DNA of 31,897 nt. Source: a virus. Taxonomy: Duplodnaviria > Heunggongvirae > Uroviricota > Caudoviricetes. Made by a program: the position numbers and the translations under genes. The DNA lies in IMG/VR virus record IMGVR_UViG_2724679539_000006, positions 1 through 31,897 of that record. One strand, 5' to 3'. Below, piece after piece: positions 7,276 through 16,904 of this stretch; within the stretch, counting starts at the first letter, position 1; every line of letters begins with the position of its first letter. The notes beneath the pieces were generated by a model. That model saw only the letters and a list, made by a program, of their open reading frames with translations, made no database searches and was not told the origin of the DNA.

Positions 7276-7546
7276 CGAGGCTCTAAGAATCGAGAGTGCG
7301 TTGCTTAACAAAATCGCAATGCTTGGAACTGAGAAGACAGCGGAAGCTGTGGGAGTCGATAAGTCGCAGATCAGCAGGTGGAAGAGGGACTGGATTCCAA
7401 AGTTCTCAATGCTGCTTGCTGTTCTTGAATGGGGTGTCGTCGACGACGACATGGCTCGATTGGCACGACAAGTTGCTTCGATTCTCACCAATAAAAAACG
7501 CCCGGCGGCAACCGAGCGTTCTGAACAAATCCAGATGGAATTCTGA
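7253..7546 (+). CDS. cII: CII transcriptional activator
   Basis: 97 aa, [51 protein letters not shown]... essentially identical to lambda CII as recalled. Confidence 0.9.
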   Translation: MVRANKRNEALRIESALLNKIAMLGTEKTAEAVGVDKSQISRWKRDWIPKFSMLLAVLEWGVVDDDMARLARQVASILTNKKRPAATERSEQIQMEF

Positions 7547-7578
7547 GGTCATTACTGGATCAATCCACAGGAGTAATT

Positions 7579-7725
7579 ATGACAAAACAACTCAGTCCTT
7601 ACCAGGACAAAATTCACAAACACATACTACGTGATCGCTTCCTGTCCAGCTTCAAGCAGCCTGGTCGATTCCGGGCTGAGTTGGAAAAAGTGAAGCTGAT
7701 GCAGAAGGAGAAAGGTCATGAGTAA
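7579..7725 (+). CDS. small hypothetical protein (48 aa, [21 protein letters not shown]...)
   Basis: not in ORF track; AGGAG 5 nt upstream of ATG at 7579; 3' end overlaps the O-like start by 8 nt. Confidence 0.35.
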   Translation: MTKQLSPYQDKIHKHILRDRFLSSFKQPGRFRAELEKVKLMQKEKGHE

Positions 7726-8578
7726 TCTTGCAACCATAACACATTTAAGGCCTTCACAACGGCCTGTGGAGCGTCGTGTGGCAGAAGTTGAAGATGGTTA
7801 TACCCGTCTTGCAAATGCCCTGTATGAAGAGCTTATCGGCGCAGATTTAACGAAAAATCAGAGCAAGGTTGCCCACGCCATATGCCGTAAAACATACGGC
7901 TACGGTAAAAAGATGGATCGCATCTCTGATAGTCAGTTAGCTCAAATTACCAGGCTGCCAAGACAGAAGGTAAACAAGGCCAAGAATGAGCTTATCGCGA
8001 TGAAGGTTATCCTTCGCGAAGGCCAGCAAATCGGGCCTAACAAGAACATCGAAGAATGGCAAATCGAAGGGTGTCACTACTCTGGTGATAATGTCACTGC
8101 ATTGGTGACAAAAAGTGTCACCAAAACGGTGACAGCGCTGTCACCAAAACAGGGACACACAAAAGAAACTATTACAAAAGAAAAAAGAAATAATAAAAAC
8201 ACTATGTCCGAAAGTGTTCGGACGGAGTGTGAAAAATCACCTGACCGTCACGAAGAAATCGACAAGGCATTCGAGGAAATATTCTGGTGTGCAGGCATGC
8301 GGAAAGCCGGGAAGAAAAACGCAGCTTCGGCATTCAGAACACAGTTCAGGGAATGGCGTAAAACTACCAGGGGTACGGCAAGCGAGTTTGCCACGATGCT
8401 GGCAGAAGACATCGCATGCAGGAATGGTAAGCAGTTCGGATTCGACAGGTTGTTACCATCGAGCTACCTGAACGGTCAGCGCTGGAACGACGAGAAGCCA
8501 GAAACTATTCAACCACAATCCAAACCATCATCCGCAATCACCGTATCGAAAACTGGCTACGTGTTTTTCGACAGGTGA
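7718..8578 (+). CDS. O: replication initiator, lambda-O-like N-terminal domain with a different C-terminal domain
   Basis: N-terminus [14 protein letters not shown]...DLTKNQSKV...[25 protein letters not shown] resembles lambda O; AAGGAG RBS; iterons lie inside the gene. Confidence 0.75.
   Translation: MSNLATITHLRPSQRPVERRVAEVEDGYTRLANALYEELIGADLTKNQSKVAHAICRKTYGYGKKMDRISDSQLAQITRLPRQKVNKAKNELIAMKVILREGQQIGPNKNIEEWQIEGCHYSGDNVTALVTKSVTKTVTALSPKQGHTKETITKEKRNNKNTMSESVRTECEKSPDRHEEIDKAFEEIFWCAGMRKAGKKNAASAFRTQFREWRKTTRGTASEFATMLAEDIACRNGKQFGFDRLLPSSYLNGQRWNDEKPETIQPQSKPSSAITVSKTGYVFFDR
8071..8210 (+). repeat. candidate replication origin: palindromic iterons (GGTGACA-N4/5-TGTCACC) followed by an AT-rich tract
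   Basis: at least three dyad iterons at 8084-8145 spaced by AAAAC, then about 50 bp A/T-rich (8160-8210); same layout as lambda ori inside O. Confidence 0.5.
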
Positions 8579-8685
8579 ACCATGAAATCAAAAATCAAAT
8601 CGCTACTGGTCGCTGGTTATAACCACGGCTGGTTAAGTATTTCGTTTGTCGATTTCTGGTTTAAAAATCTCAATCTGAGGGAATC

Positions 8686-9180
8686 ATGATGAGCCTTGAA
8701 GTTGGAGAATATATACCTGGTTATGAGGGTAAATACTCTGTAACCAAAGACGGTCGTGTTTATTCACATTTAAGAGGCAGGTTTTTGAATCCATCTCCGG
8801 ATAACAAGGGTTATCTAAGAGTCACTTTGTGTTCCGATGGGATTCAGAAGACGTTAAAAGTTCATCGTCTTGTAGCTCAATTATTTATCCCAAATCCGTA
8901 TTGCAAGCCAGAAGTAAATCATATCAACGGCGACAAATCGGATAACGCCATTTGGAACTTGGAATGGTGTACCTGCTCAGAGAATTTAAAACATGCTTTT
9001 AGCATCGGACTGAAAAGCGCAAAGGGAGTTTTTAATGGTAGGGCAAAACTATCTGAAACTGATGTGATTGATATCAGGAATTCTGTTGGTATGAAACTAA
9101 GCGAACTATCCACTAAATACGGAGTGAGTGAAATGCAAATTTCCACAATCCGCAGAGGAAACGCATGGAGGCACCTTTGA
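8686..9180 (+). CDS. HNH homing-endonuclease-like protein (NUMOD4-like N-terminus + HNH + C-terminal HTH)
   Basis: GYEGKYSVTKDGRVYS motif, then HRLVAQLF...NHINGDKSDNAIWNLEWCTCSEN (HNH); GAGGGAA RBS. Confidence 0.75.
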   Translation: MMSLEVGEYIPGYEGKYSVTKDGRVYSHLRGRFLNPSPDNKGYLRVTLCSDGIQKTLKVHRLVAQLFIPNPYCKPEVNHINGDKSDNAIWNLEWCTCSENLKHAFSIGLKSAKGVFNGRAKLSETDVIDIRNSVGMKLSELSTKYGVSEMQISTIRRGNAWRHL

Positions 9181-11057
9181 GTCCATCAGAACTCAGTGAC
9201 CTGCTTTGGGCGCAGGTTGACAGGGTGGCTCCGCACCTGTTGCCAAACGGCAAGAAAGAGGGGCATGAGTGGGTTGCCGGTAACGTCAACGGTGACAAGG
9301 GAAACAGCCTTAAGGTCAACCTTAGCGGCAAGAAAAAATGGGCTGATTTCGCTGAGGGAGACGGCGGTGACATGCTTGATTTGTGGATGGCATGTCGTGG
9401 AATTAACCTGCATCAGGCTATGCAGGAAGCGAAAGCCTTTCTCGGAATCAAGGATGACGATCACCATTTCGATGCCAAACGTGAGAAGAAATTCTCCAGA
9501 CCTGACCGCAAGAAAATCGCCCGCTACGTTACCAGAACAGAATCCCATCTTGAGTACCTGCAATCGCGTGGCATATCGCCAGAAATCGTAAAACGCTACG
9601 AGGTTGTCAGCGGCAAGGTGTGGAATGGAGAGCGAGAACTGGATGCTCTGGTGATTCCGTACAAACGCGATGGTGAGTTGTTGCAGGTAAAGCGAATCAG
9701 CACTGAGCGCCCGGACGGGAAGAAAGTCATTATGGCAGAAGGTGATTGCGAACCTTGTCTGTTCGGATGGCAGGCTCTGGACGCTGGCGTGAGGGCGGTT
9801 GTACTTTGCGAAGGCGAAATTGATTGTATGAGCTATGCGCAATACGGCATCTCGGCGTTATCCGTGCCGTTTGGTGGCGGGAAAGGCGCTAAGCAACAGT
9901 GGATTGAGTTTGAGTATCACAACCTCGACAGGTTTGAGGAGATATTCATCTCGATGGACGTTGATGATGTTGGTCGTGAAGCCGCAAGGGAAATCGCAAG
10001 CCGACTCGGTGAACATCGTTGCCGTCTTGTTACTCTGCCGTACAAAGACATCAACGAATGCCTGATGAACGGTGTTACCGAGGATGAAATCTGGCAGTAC
10101 ATCGGCACGGCATCCTACTTCGATCCTGAAGAACTCTACAGTGCGCGAGAGTTTTACCAGGACACTATCAACGCTTTCTACGGCAAGCAGCAGTATCTGT
10201 TTAATCCACCGTGGGAATCTCTGGCAGATAAATTCCAGTTCCGTGAGGCAGAGTTGACGCTGGTCAATGGTGTGAACGGTCACGGAAAAACGGAGGTTGT
10301 CGGGCATATGGCACTTGAGGCAATGCGTCAGGGTGTGAAGACGTGCATCGCGTCACTTGAGCTGAAGCCAGGCATTCTCCTTAAGCGACTTACCCGTCAG
10401 GCAACGTGCTGCAAGATGCCGCCAGTGCTGGAAATTGACTCTGCATTTAAATTTTATGACGAAAGACTTTGGGTGTTTGGCCTGACCGGAACGGCGAAAG
10501 CCGACAGGCTGATCGAAATATTCGACTACGCTCGCCGCCGATACGGTATCCAGTTATTCATCATCGACAGCCTGATGAAATGTGGCATAGGCGACGATGA
10601 CTATAACGGGCAGAAGGCGTTTGTTGACTCGATTTGCGACTTCAAAAACAAAACAAACTCCCACGTCATTCTCGTTACTCACTCGCGAAAAGGAGACAGC
10701 GAAGAAAAACCAACCGGGAAAATGGACGTAAAAGGCTCTGGAGCGATAACAGACCTGACAGACAACCTTTTCATCATCTGGCGTAACAAGGCTCGCGAGA
10801 GAGCGTTACAGAGAGTTCAGAGTGGTGAAAAGATGTCAGAGAAGGACGAACAGCTACTGGCATCTCCGGCATCTGTTTTGATGCTTGAAAAACAACGTAA
10901 CGGCGAAGGTTGGGAGGGTGGTGTCCCGTTGTTCCTTGACGAGCAATCGCACCAGTTCCTGCAACTTGAATCAGGATCGCCATATAGCTACATCGCCAAT
11001 ATGCCGAAATCGGAATATGACGAGGCGTGGCGACAGGAAAACGTGACGGAGTATTAA
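9165..11057 (+). CDS. bifunctional DNA primase-helicase (TOPRIM + RecA/DnaB-like helicase)
   Basis: TOPRIM acidic motifs (CEGEID, MDVDDVG); Walker A NGVNGHGKTE; Walker B LFIIDSLMK; 630 aa. Confidence 0.8.
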   Translation: MEAPLSPSELSDLLWAQVDRVAPHLLPNGKKEGHEWVAGNVNGDKGNSLKVNLSGKKKWADFAEGDGGDMLDLWMACRGINLHQAMQEAKAFLGIKDDDHHFDAKREKKFSRPDRKKIARYVTRTESHLEYLQSRGISPEIVKRYEVVSGKVWNGERELDALVIPYKRDGELLQVKRISTERPDGKKVIMAEGDCEPCLFGWQALDAGVRAVVLCEGEIDCMSYAQYGISALSVPFGGGKGAKQQWIEFEYHNLDRFEEIFISMDVDDVGREAAREIASRLGEHRCRLVTLPYKDINECLMNGVTEDEIWQYIGTASYFDPEELYSAREFYQDTINAFYGKQQYLFNPPWESLADKFQFREAELTLVNGVNGHGKTEVVGHMALEAMRQGVKTCIASLELKPGILLKRLTRQATCCKMPPVLEIDSAFKFYDERLWVFGLTGTAKADRLIEIFDYARRRYGIQLFIIDSLMKCGIGDDDYNGQKAFVDSICDFKNKTNSHVILVTHSRKGDSEEKPTGKMDVKGSGAITDLTDNLFIIWRNKARERALQRVQSGEKMSEKDEQLLASPASVLMLEKQRNGEGWEGGVPLFLDEQSHQFLQLESGSPYSYIANMPKSEYDEAWRQENVTEY

Positions 11058-11086
11058 ATGACCATCTACATCACTGAGCTAATAAC

Positions 11087-11118
11087 AGGCCTGCTGGTAA
11101 TCGCAGGCCTTTTTATTT
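11087..11118 (+). terminator. intrinsic terminator (tR2 position, upstream of ninB)
   Basis: stem AGGCCTGC/GCAGGCCT with 8-nt loop, followed by TTTTTATTT. Confidence 0.65.
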
Positions 11119-11134
11119 GGGGGAGAGGGAAGTC

Positions 11135-11575
11135 ATGAAAAAACTAACATTTGAAATTCGATCTCCGGCACATCAGCAAAACGCTATTCACGCAGTACAG
11201 CAAATCCTTCCAGACCCAACCAAACCAATCGTAGTAACCATTCAGGAACGCAACCGCAGCTTAGACCAGAATCGGAAGCTTTGGGCTTGCCTTGGTGACG
11301 TTTCGCGTCAGGTTGAATGGCATGGTCGCTGGCTGGATGCAGAAAGCTGGAAGTGTGTGTTTACCGCAGCATTAAAGCAGCAGGACGTTGTTCCTAACCT
11401 TGCCGGGAATGGCTTTGTGGTAATAGGCCTGTCAACCAGCAGGATGCGTGTAAGCGAATTTGCGGAGCTATTAGAGCTTATACAGGCATTCGGTACAGAG
11501 CGTGGCGTTAAGTGGTCAGACGAAGCGAGACTGGCTCTGGAGTGGAAAGCGAGATGGGGAGATCGGGCTGCATGA
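11135..11575 (+). CDS. ninB: NinB recombination protein
   Basis: 146 aa, MKKLTFEIRSPAHQQNAIHAVQQILPDPTKPIVVTIQERNRSLDQNRKLWACLGD... matches lambda NinB. Confidence 0.9.
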   Translation: MKKLTFEIRSPAHQQNAIHAVQQILPDPTKPIVVTIQERNRSLDQNRKLWACLGDVSRQVEWHGRWLDAESWKCVFTAALKQQDVVPNLAGNGFVVIGLSTSRMRVSEFAELLELIQAFGTERGVKWSDEARLALEWKARWGDRAA

Positions 11576-12099
11576 CTATCAAATCAAATACGCCAGCACA
11601 CGACAAGGACTGCTGGCAAACGCCGCTCTGGCTTTTTGATGCACTGGATATTGAGTTTGGATTCTGGCTGGATTCGGCAGCGAGCGACAAAAATGCTCTG
11701 TGTGCTCACTGGCTAACTGAGGCCGACGACGCGCTCAATTCTGAGTGGGTAAGCCACGGTGCAATCTGGAATAACCCACCGTACAGCAATATCAGGCCGT
11801 GGGTGGAAAAAGCCGCTGAGCAGTGCATACAACAGCGACAGACGGTAGTGATGCTTGTGCCAGAGGATATGTCAGTCGGATGGTTCAGCAAGGCTCTGGA
11901 GAGTGTCGACGAAGTTCGCATTATCACTGATGGACGGATTAATTTTATCGAACCATCGACGGGGCTGGAGAAGAAGGGAAACAGCAAAGGTTCCATGCTG
12001 CTGATTTGGCGACCGTTCATCAGTCCTCGACGGATGTTTACTACCGTATCCAAAGCGGCATTGATGGCGATCGGGCAGGGCGTCAGGAGGGCGGCATGA
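11572..12099 (+). CDS. dam: phage DNA N6-adenine methyltransferase (Dam-type)
   Basis: NPPY catalytic motif ([10 protein letters not shown]); occupies the ninC/ninD position; ATGA overlap with ninB. Confidence 0.8.
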   Translation: MTIKSNTPAHDKDCWQTPLWLFDALDIEFGFWLDSAASDKNALCAHWLTEADDALNSEWVSHGAIWNNPPYSNIRPWVEKAAEQCIQQRQTVVMLVPEDMSVGWFSKALESVDEVRIITDGRINFIEPSTGLEKKGNSKGSMLLIWRPFISPRRMFTTVSKAALMAIGQGVRRAA

Positions 12100-12278
12100 G
12101 ACGACAGCGACGAAGTATCACCGACATCATCTGCGAAAACTGCAAATACCTTCCAACGAAACGCTCCAGAAATAAACGCAAGCCAATCCCAAAAGAATCT
12201 GACGTAAAAACCTTCAACTACACGGCTCACCTGTGGGATATCCGGTGGCTTAGAGAACGTGCGAGGAAAACAAGGTGA
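12096..12278 (+). CDS. ninE: NinE
   Basis: 60 aa, [54 protein letters not shown]... matches lambda NinE; ATGA overlap with dam. Confidence 0.8.
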   Translation: MRRQRRSITDIICENCKYLPTKRSRNKRKPIPKESDVKTFNYTAHLWDIRWLRERARKTR

Positions 12279-12445
12279 TTGACCCAAATCGAAGTTACGA
12301 ACAAGAAAGCGTCGAGCGGGCTTTAACGTGCGCTAACTGCGGTCAGAAGCTGCATGTGCTGGAAGTTCACGTGTGCTCCGATTGCTGCGCAGAACTGATG
12401 AGCGATCCGAATAGCTCAATGTACGAGGAAGAAGACGATGGCTAA
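12275..12445 (+). CDS. ninF: NinF
   Basis: not in ORF track (56 aa); GTG start overlapping the ninE stop; ...[24 protein letters not shown]...[15 protein letters not shown] resembles lambda NinF. Confidence 0.55.
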   Translation: MIDPNRSYEQESVERALTCANCGQKLHVLEVHVCSDCCAELMSDPNSSMYEEEDDG

Positions 12446-13004
12446 ACCAGCGCGAAGACGATGTAACCGTAAAAGAGAAGATTTAACTGTTAAAAGGATA
12501 TTTGAGTTACTAAGTTTCGATAAATCTACCGGGGTATTTAGATGGAAAGTTCCCACTCAGGGAAGGATAGCATTAAATAGTATTGCTGGAACTTTTGATT
12601 CCAACGGTTATTCAATGATCATGATAGATGGGCGTAGATATAAAACTCACGTCTTAGTTTTTTACATAACTCATAATCGTTGGCCTGCTGGTCAAATTGA
12701 CCACGTCAATGGAATTAGGACCGACAATAGGCCAGAAAATTTAAGAGAATGCCTGCCAATAGAAAATTCAAGAAATATAAGGATCCGAAAGAATAGCAAA
12801 TCAGGTTGCAGAGGAGTTACTTGGCACAAACGACAGAAAAAATGGAATGTTAGGCTAGGTTTCCATGGCAAGAGTAAACACTTCGGATGCTTTGATGATC
12901 TGGAGTTAGCGGTACTAGTTGCTGAAGAAGCCCGAGATAAGTATTACGGTGATTTTTCCGGCAACGAAAGGAGCACTTATGCGAATCTATCGAAGGAAAT
13001 GTAA
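12438..13004 (+). CDS. HNH endonuclease with AP2 DNA-binding domain
   Basis: [34 protein letters not shown] (HNH) followed by [37 protein letters not shown] (AP2-like); first 9 codons MAKPARRRC equal the lambda NinG start as recalled. Confidence 0.75.
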   Translation: MAKPARRRCNRKREDLTVKRIFELLSFDKSTGVFRWKVPTQGRIALNSIAGTFDSNGYSMIMIDGRRYKTHVLVFYITHNRWPAGQIDHVNGIRTDNRPENLRECLPIENSRNIRIRKNSKSGCRGVTWHKRQKKWNVRLGFHGKSKHFGCFDDLELAVLVAEEARDKYYGDFSGNERSTYANLSKEM

Positions 13005-13581
13005 ATGTTGCAATGAATGGTTTATACCAAAATATCAAAATCAATATTGGTGTAATGAGATTTGTGGAACCAAGATAGCACTCGAACGACGAAGCAAAGA
13101 ACGCGAAAAAGCGGAAAAGGCAGCAGAGAAGAAACGACGACGAGAGGAGCAGAAACAGAAAGATAAACTTAAGATTCGAAAACTCGCCTTAAAGCCCCGC
13201 AGTTACTGGATTAAACAAGCCCAACAAGCCGTAAACGCCTTCATCAGAGAAAGAGACCGCGACTTACCATGTATCTCGTGCGGAACGCTCACGTCTGCTC
13301 AGTGGGATGCCGGGCATTACCGGACAACTGCTGCGGCACCTCAACTCCGATTTGATGAACGCAATATTCACAAGCAATGCGTGGTGTGCAACCAGCACAA
13401 AAGCGGAAATCTCGTTCCGTATCGCGTCGAACTGATTAATCGCATTGGGCAGGAAGCAGTAGACGAAATCGAATCAAACCATAACCGCCATCGCTGGACT
13501 GTCGAAGAGTGCAGGGCCATCAAGGCGGAGTATCAGCAGAAACTCAAAGACCTGCGAAACAGCAGAAGTGAGGCCGCATGA
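12979..13581 (+). CDS. ninG: NinG (Rap-like recombination protein)
   Basis: matches lambda NinG from [29 protein letters not shown]... onward; N-terminal 30 aa diverged but keep the Cys pattern; AGGAG RBS before ATG at 12979. Confidence 0.85.
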   Translation: MRIYRRKCKCCNEWFIPKYQNQYWCNEICGTKIALERRSKEREKAEKAAEKKRRREEQKQKDKLKIRKLALKPRSYWIKQAQQAVNAFIRERDRDLPCISCGTLTSAQWDAGHYRTTAAAPQLRFDERNIHKQCVVCNQHKSGNLVPYRVELINRIGQEAVDEIESNHNRHRWTVEECRAIKAEYQQKLKDLRNSRSEAA

Positions 13582-13784
13582 CGTTCTCAGTAAAAACCAT
13601 TCCAGACATGCTCGTTGAAGCATACGGAAACCAGACAGAAGTAGCACGCAGACTGAAATGTAGTCGCGGTACGGTCAGAAAATACGTTGATGATAAAGAC
13701 GGGAAAATGCACGCCATCGTCAACGACGTTCTCATGGTTCATCGCGGATGGAGTGAAAGAGATGCGCTATTACGAAAGAATTGA
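13578..13784 (+). CDS. ninH: NinH
   Basis: 68 aa, [58 protein letters not shown]... matches lambda NinH. Confidence 0.85.
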   Translation: MTFSVKTIPDMLVEAYGNQTEVARRLKCSRGTVRKYVDDKDGKMHAIVNDVLMVHRGWSERDALLRKN

Positions 13785-14427
13785 TGGCAGCAAATACCGA
13801 AATATTTGGGTAGCTGGCGATCTGCACGGATGCTACACGAACCTGATGAACAAACTGGATACGATTGGATTCGACAACAAAAAAGACCTGCTTATCTCGG
13901 TGGGCGATTTGGTTGATCGTGGTGCAGAGAACGTTGAATGCCTGGAATTAATCACATTCCCCTGGTTCAGAGCTGTACGTGGAAACCATGAGCAAATGAT
14001 GATTGATGGCTTATCAGAGCGTGGAAACGTCAATCACTGGCTGCTTAATGGCGGTAGTTGGTTCTTTAATCTCGATTACGACAAAGAAATTCTGGCTAAA
14101 GCTCTTTCCCATAAAGCAGATGAACTTCCGTTAATCATCGAACTGGTGAGTAAAGGTAAAAAATATGTCATCTGCCACGCCGATTATCCTTGTGACGAAT
14201 ACGAGTTTGGAAAGCCAGTTGATCATCAGCAGGTAATCTGGAACCGAGAACGAATCAGCAACTCACAAGACGGGATCGTGAAAGAAATCAAAGGAGCGGA
14301 CACGTTCATCTTTGGTCATACGCCAGCAGTGAAACCACTCAAGTTTGCCAACCAGATGTATATCGATACCGGCGCAGTGTTCTGCGGAAACCTCACATTG
14401 ATTCAGGTACAGGGAGAAGGCGCATGA
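13762..14427 (+). CDS. ninI: NinI Ser/Thr protein phosphatase
   Basis: 221 aa from ATG 13762; GDLHGC...GDLVDRG...GNHE metallophosphatase motifs; matches the lambda phosphatase. Confidence 0.9.
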   Translation: MRYYERIDGSKYRNIWVAGDLHGCYTNLMNKLDTIGFDNKKDLLISVGDLVDRGAENVECLELITFPWFRAVRGNHEQMMIDGLSERGNVNHWLLNGGSWFFNLDYDKEILAKALSHKADELPLIIELVSKGKKYVICHADYPCDEYEFGKPVDHQQVIWNRERISNSQDGIVKEIKGADTFIFGHTPAVKPLKFANQMYIDTGAVFCGNLTLIQVQGEGA

Positions 14428-15047
14428 GACTCGAAAACGTAGCTAAATTTCATTCGCCAAAAAGCCCGATGATGAGCGACTCACCACGGGCTACGGCTTC
14501 TGACTCTCTTTCCGGTACTGATGTGATGGCTGCTATGGGGATGGCGCAATCACAAGCCGGATTCGGAATGGCTGCATTCTGTGGTAAGCACGAACTCAGC
14601 CAGAACGACAAACAAAAGGCTATCAACTATCTGATGCAATTTGCACACAAGGTATCGGGGAAATACCGTGGTGTGGCAAAGCTCGAAGGAAATACTAAGG
14701 CAAAGGTACTGCAAGTGCTCGCAACATTCGCTTATGCGGATTATTGCCGTAGCGCTGCGACGCCGGGAGCAAGATGCAGAGATTGCCACGGTACAGGCCG
14801 TGCGGTTGATATAGCAAAAACAGAGCAGTGGGGGAGAGTTGTCGAGAAAGAGTGCGGAAGATGCAAAGGCGTCGGCTATTCAAGGATGCCAGCAAGCGCC
14901 GCATATCGCGCTGTAACGATGCTAATCCCAAACCTTACCCAACCCACCTGGTCACGCACTGTTAAGCCGCTGTATGACGCTCTGGTGGTGCAATGCCACA
15001 AGGAAGAGTCAATCGCAGACAACATTTTGAATGCGGTCACACGTTAG
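14424..15047 (+). CDS. Q: Q late-gene antiterminator
   Basis: 207 aa, [47 protein letters not shown]... matches lambda Q. Confidence 0.9.
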   Translation: MRLENVAKFHSPKSPMMSDSPRATASDSLSGTDVMAAMGMAQSQAGFGMAAFCGKHELSQNDKQKAINYLMQFAHKVSGKYRGVAKLEGNTKAKVLQVLATFAYADYCRSAATPGARCRDCHGTGRAVDIAKTEQWGRVVEKECGRCKGVGYSRMPASAAYRAVTMLIPNLTQPTWSRTVKPLYDALVVQCHKEESIADNILNAVTR

Positions 15048-15089
15048 CAGCATAATTGCCACGGATGGCAACATGTTAACGGCATGATA

Positions 15090-15125
15090 TTGACTTTTTG
15101 AATAAAGTTGGGTAAATTTGACCCA
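15090..15125 (+). promoter_or_regulatory. PR' late promoter with qut site
   Basis: -35 TTGACT (15090-15095), 17-bp spacer, -10 TAAATT (15113-15118); sequence context as in lambda PR'/qut. Confidence 0.7.
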
Positions 15126-15318
15126 ACGATGGGTTAATTCGCTCGTTGTGGTAGTGAGATAAAAAGAGGCGGCGCTTACTACCGATTCCGCCTAGTTGGT
15201 CACTTCGACGCATCGTCTGGAACTCCAACCATCGCAGGCTGAGAGGTCTGTAAAATGCAATCCCGAAACAGTTCGCAGGTAATAGTTAGAGCCTGCATAA
15301 CGGTTTCGGGATTTTTTA
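15125..15318 (+). ncRNA. 6S RNA (short PR' transcript ending at tR')
   Basis: predicted start about 7 nt after the -10 to the end of the tR' U-run gives about 194 nt, the lambda 6S RNA length. Confidence 0.5.
15262..15318 (+). terminator. tR' intrinsic terminator
   Basis: long hairpin CCCGAAAC...GGTTTCGGG followed by ATTTTTTAT, as in lambda. Confidence 0.75.
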
Positions 15319-16120
15319 TATCTGTGTAACAGGTAAGAGCATTCTCCCTTATGGGGCTTGGCTTAAATGCACCGAGTGCTCTTATCGTTGTGGCAGCACA
15401 ACGATAGTTTTCGTCAGAGTTGGCGACTTTGCGGTTTTTTAGAAACTGACCACAAAGATAAATGCAAACGATGATGTTGTTCTGATGGCGGCGTAATAGC
15501 CTGTAAGTCAGCAAGGTCTTCCGACTCCTTGTAAACAAATTCGGCGCACTGGCCCGGTGTGATTAATAATGGGCACACAACAGGTAAGAGCATTAAAGAA
15601 CTGGCAAAGAGCTTAACGGTCTGCGAAAGCATTTCTTAGTGGCACAACTGGCCGGTACAACTGAGTGCTCTTTCCGGTGTGGTGAATGCGCAGGCTGATG
15701 CGCGCAGGAGAGCTTCGGAAGAACAAGGTGCCTGTATACAAGCCGGAGATCAGCGCCGGCCACCACAGCCAAATCCACCCAGAGCAAAACCGTTGTTCAT
15801 CCTTACCATTCCCTCAGTATTTTGGGCTACAACCCTCAGCCCATTTTTTAAAGCGTACTTCCACCAAGAACCAGACCTAACCAACTCATTGCTGACACTC
15901 TGTGGATACGGTTGTCTAGTGCGCTTTAAAAAAGAAAACCCAGCATCAATGGCTGGGCTTCGTGATATGAGCGGCATGTATTGTTGGCGCAATCCACGCC
16001 TGATTTGCTCATGAATGCGGTCACGAACAAGCCCGTTACAAATAAACCGTAACCCGGATTTGTTCAAGCGACCATATCCATAATTCCTAATTTGAACAGA
16101 TCCCCTTCTGGGGGTAAGAC

Positions 16121-16444
16121 ATGAAGATGCCAGAAAAACATGACCTGTTAGCCGCCATTCTCGCGGCAAAGGAACAAGGCATCGGGGCAATCCTTGCGTT
16201 TGCAATGGCGTACCTTCGCGGCAGATACAATGGCGGTGCGTTTACAAAAACAGTAATCGACGCAACGATGTGCGCCATTATCGCCTGGTTCATTCGTGAC
16301 CTTCTCGACTTCGCCGGACTAAGTAGCAATCTCGCTTATATAACGAGCGTGTTCATCGGCTACATCGGTACTGACTCGATTGGTTCGCTTATCAAACGCT
16401 TCGCTGCTAAAAAAGCCGGAGTAGAAGATGGTGGAAATCAATAA
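16121..16444 (+). CDS. S: S holin/antiholin (dual-start S107/S105)
   Basis: [54 protein letters not shown]... matches lambda S; ATGAAGATG dual-start motif. Confidence 0.9.
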   Translation: MKMPEKHDLLAAILAAKEQGIGAILAFAMAYLRGRYNGGAFTKTVIDATMCAIIAWFIRDLLDFAGLSSNLAYITSVFIGYIGTDSIGSLIKRFAAKKAGVEDGGNQ

Positions 16445-16904
16445 TCAACGTAAGGCGTTCCTCGATATGCTGGCGTGGTCAGAGGGAACTGATAACGGAC
16501 GTCAGAAAACCAGAAATCATGGTTATGACGTCATTGTTGGCGGAGAGCTATTCACTGATTACTCCGATCACCCTCGCAAACTTGTCACGCTAAACCCCAA
16601 ACTCAAATCAACAGCAGCCGGACGTTACCAGCTTCTTTCCCGTTGGTGGGATGCCTATCGTAAGCAGCTTGGCCTGAAAGACTTCTCTCCGAAAAGCCAG
16701 GACGCTGTGGCACTGCAGCAGATTAAAGAACGTGGCGCTTTACCGATGATTGATCGCGGTGATATTCGTCAGGCAATCGACCGTTGCAGCAATATCTGGG
16801 CTTCTCTGCCGGGGGCTGGTTATGGTCAGTTCGAGCATAAGGCTGACAGCCTGATTGCAAAATTCAAAGAAGCAGGCGGAACGGTCAGAGAGATTGAGGT
16901 ATGA
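16428..16904 (+). CDS. R: R endolysin (lytic transglycosylase)
   Basis: 158 aa, [51 protein letters not shown]... matches lambda R. Confidence 0.9.
   Translation: MVEINNQRKAFLDMLAWSEGTDNGRQKTRNHGYDVIVGGELFTDYSDHPRKLVTLNPKLKSTAAGRYQLLSRWWDAYRKQLGLKDFSPKSQDAVALQQIKERGALPMIDRGDIRQAIDRCSNIWASLPGAGYGQFEHKADSLIAKFKEAGGTVREIEV

Noticed and set aside
7296-7634. 112-aa ORF overlapping cII
   Set aside because: Out of frame with the clearly identified cII gene and no RBS
8582-8689. 35-codon ORF between the O-like gene and the HNH gene
   Set aside because: Very short; its RBS spacing is poor; noted under the HNH finding only for its ATGA overlap
9186-9842. 218-aa minus-strand ORF
   Set aside because: Antisense to the primase-helicase gene, with no recognisable protein features
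11706-12287. 193-aa minus-strand ORF
   Set aside because: Antisense to dam and ninE within a densely coupled rightward operon
15340-16100. tRNA or toxin cargo between Q and S
   Set aside because: No T-loop-like GGTTCGAATCC-type motif or cloverleaf seen, and no protein-like ORF; only structured non-coding DNA
15200-16205. Several 60-150-aa ORFs on both strands in the late leader
   Set aside because: They overlap 6S RNA/tR' or the S gene, are low-complexity (Pro/Arg/Ser-rich) and lack RBSs
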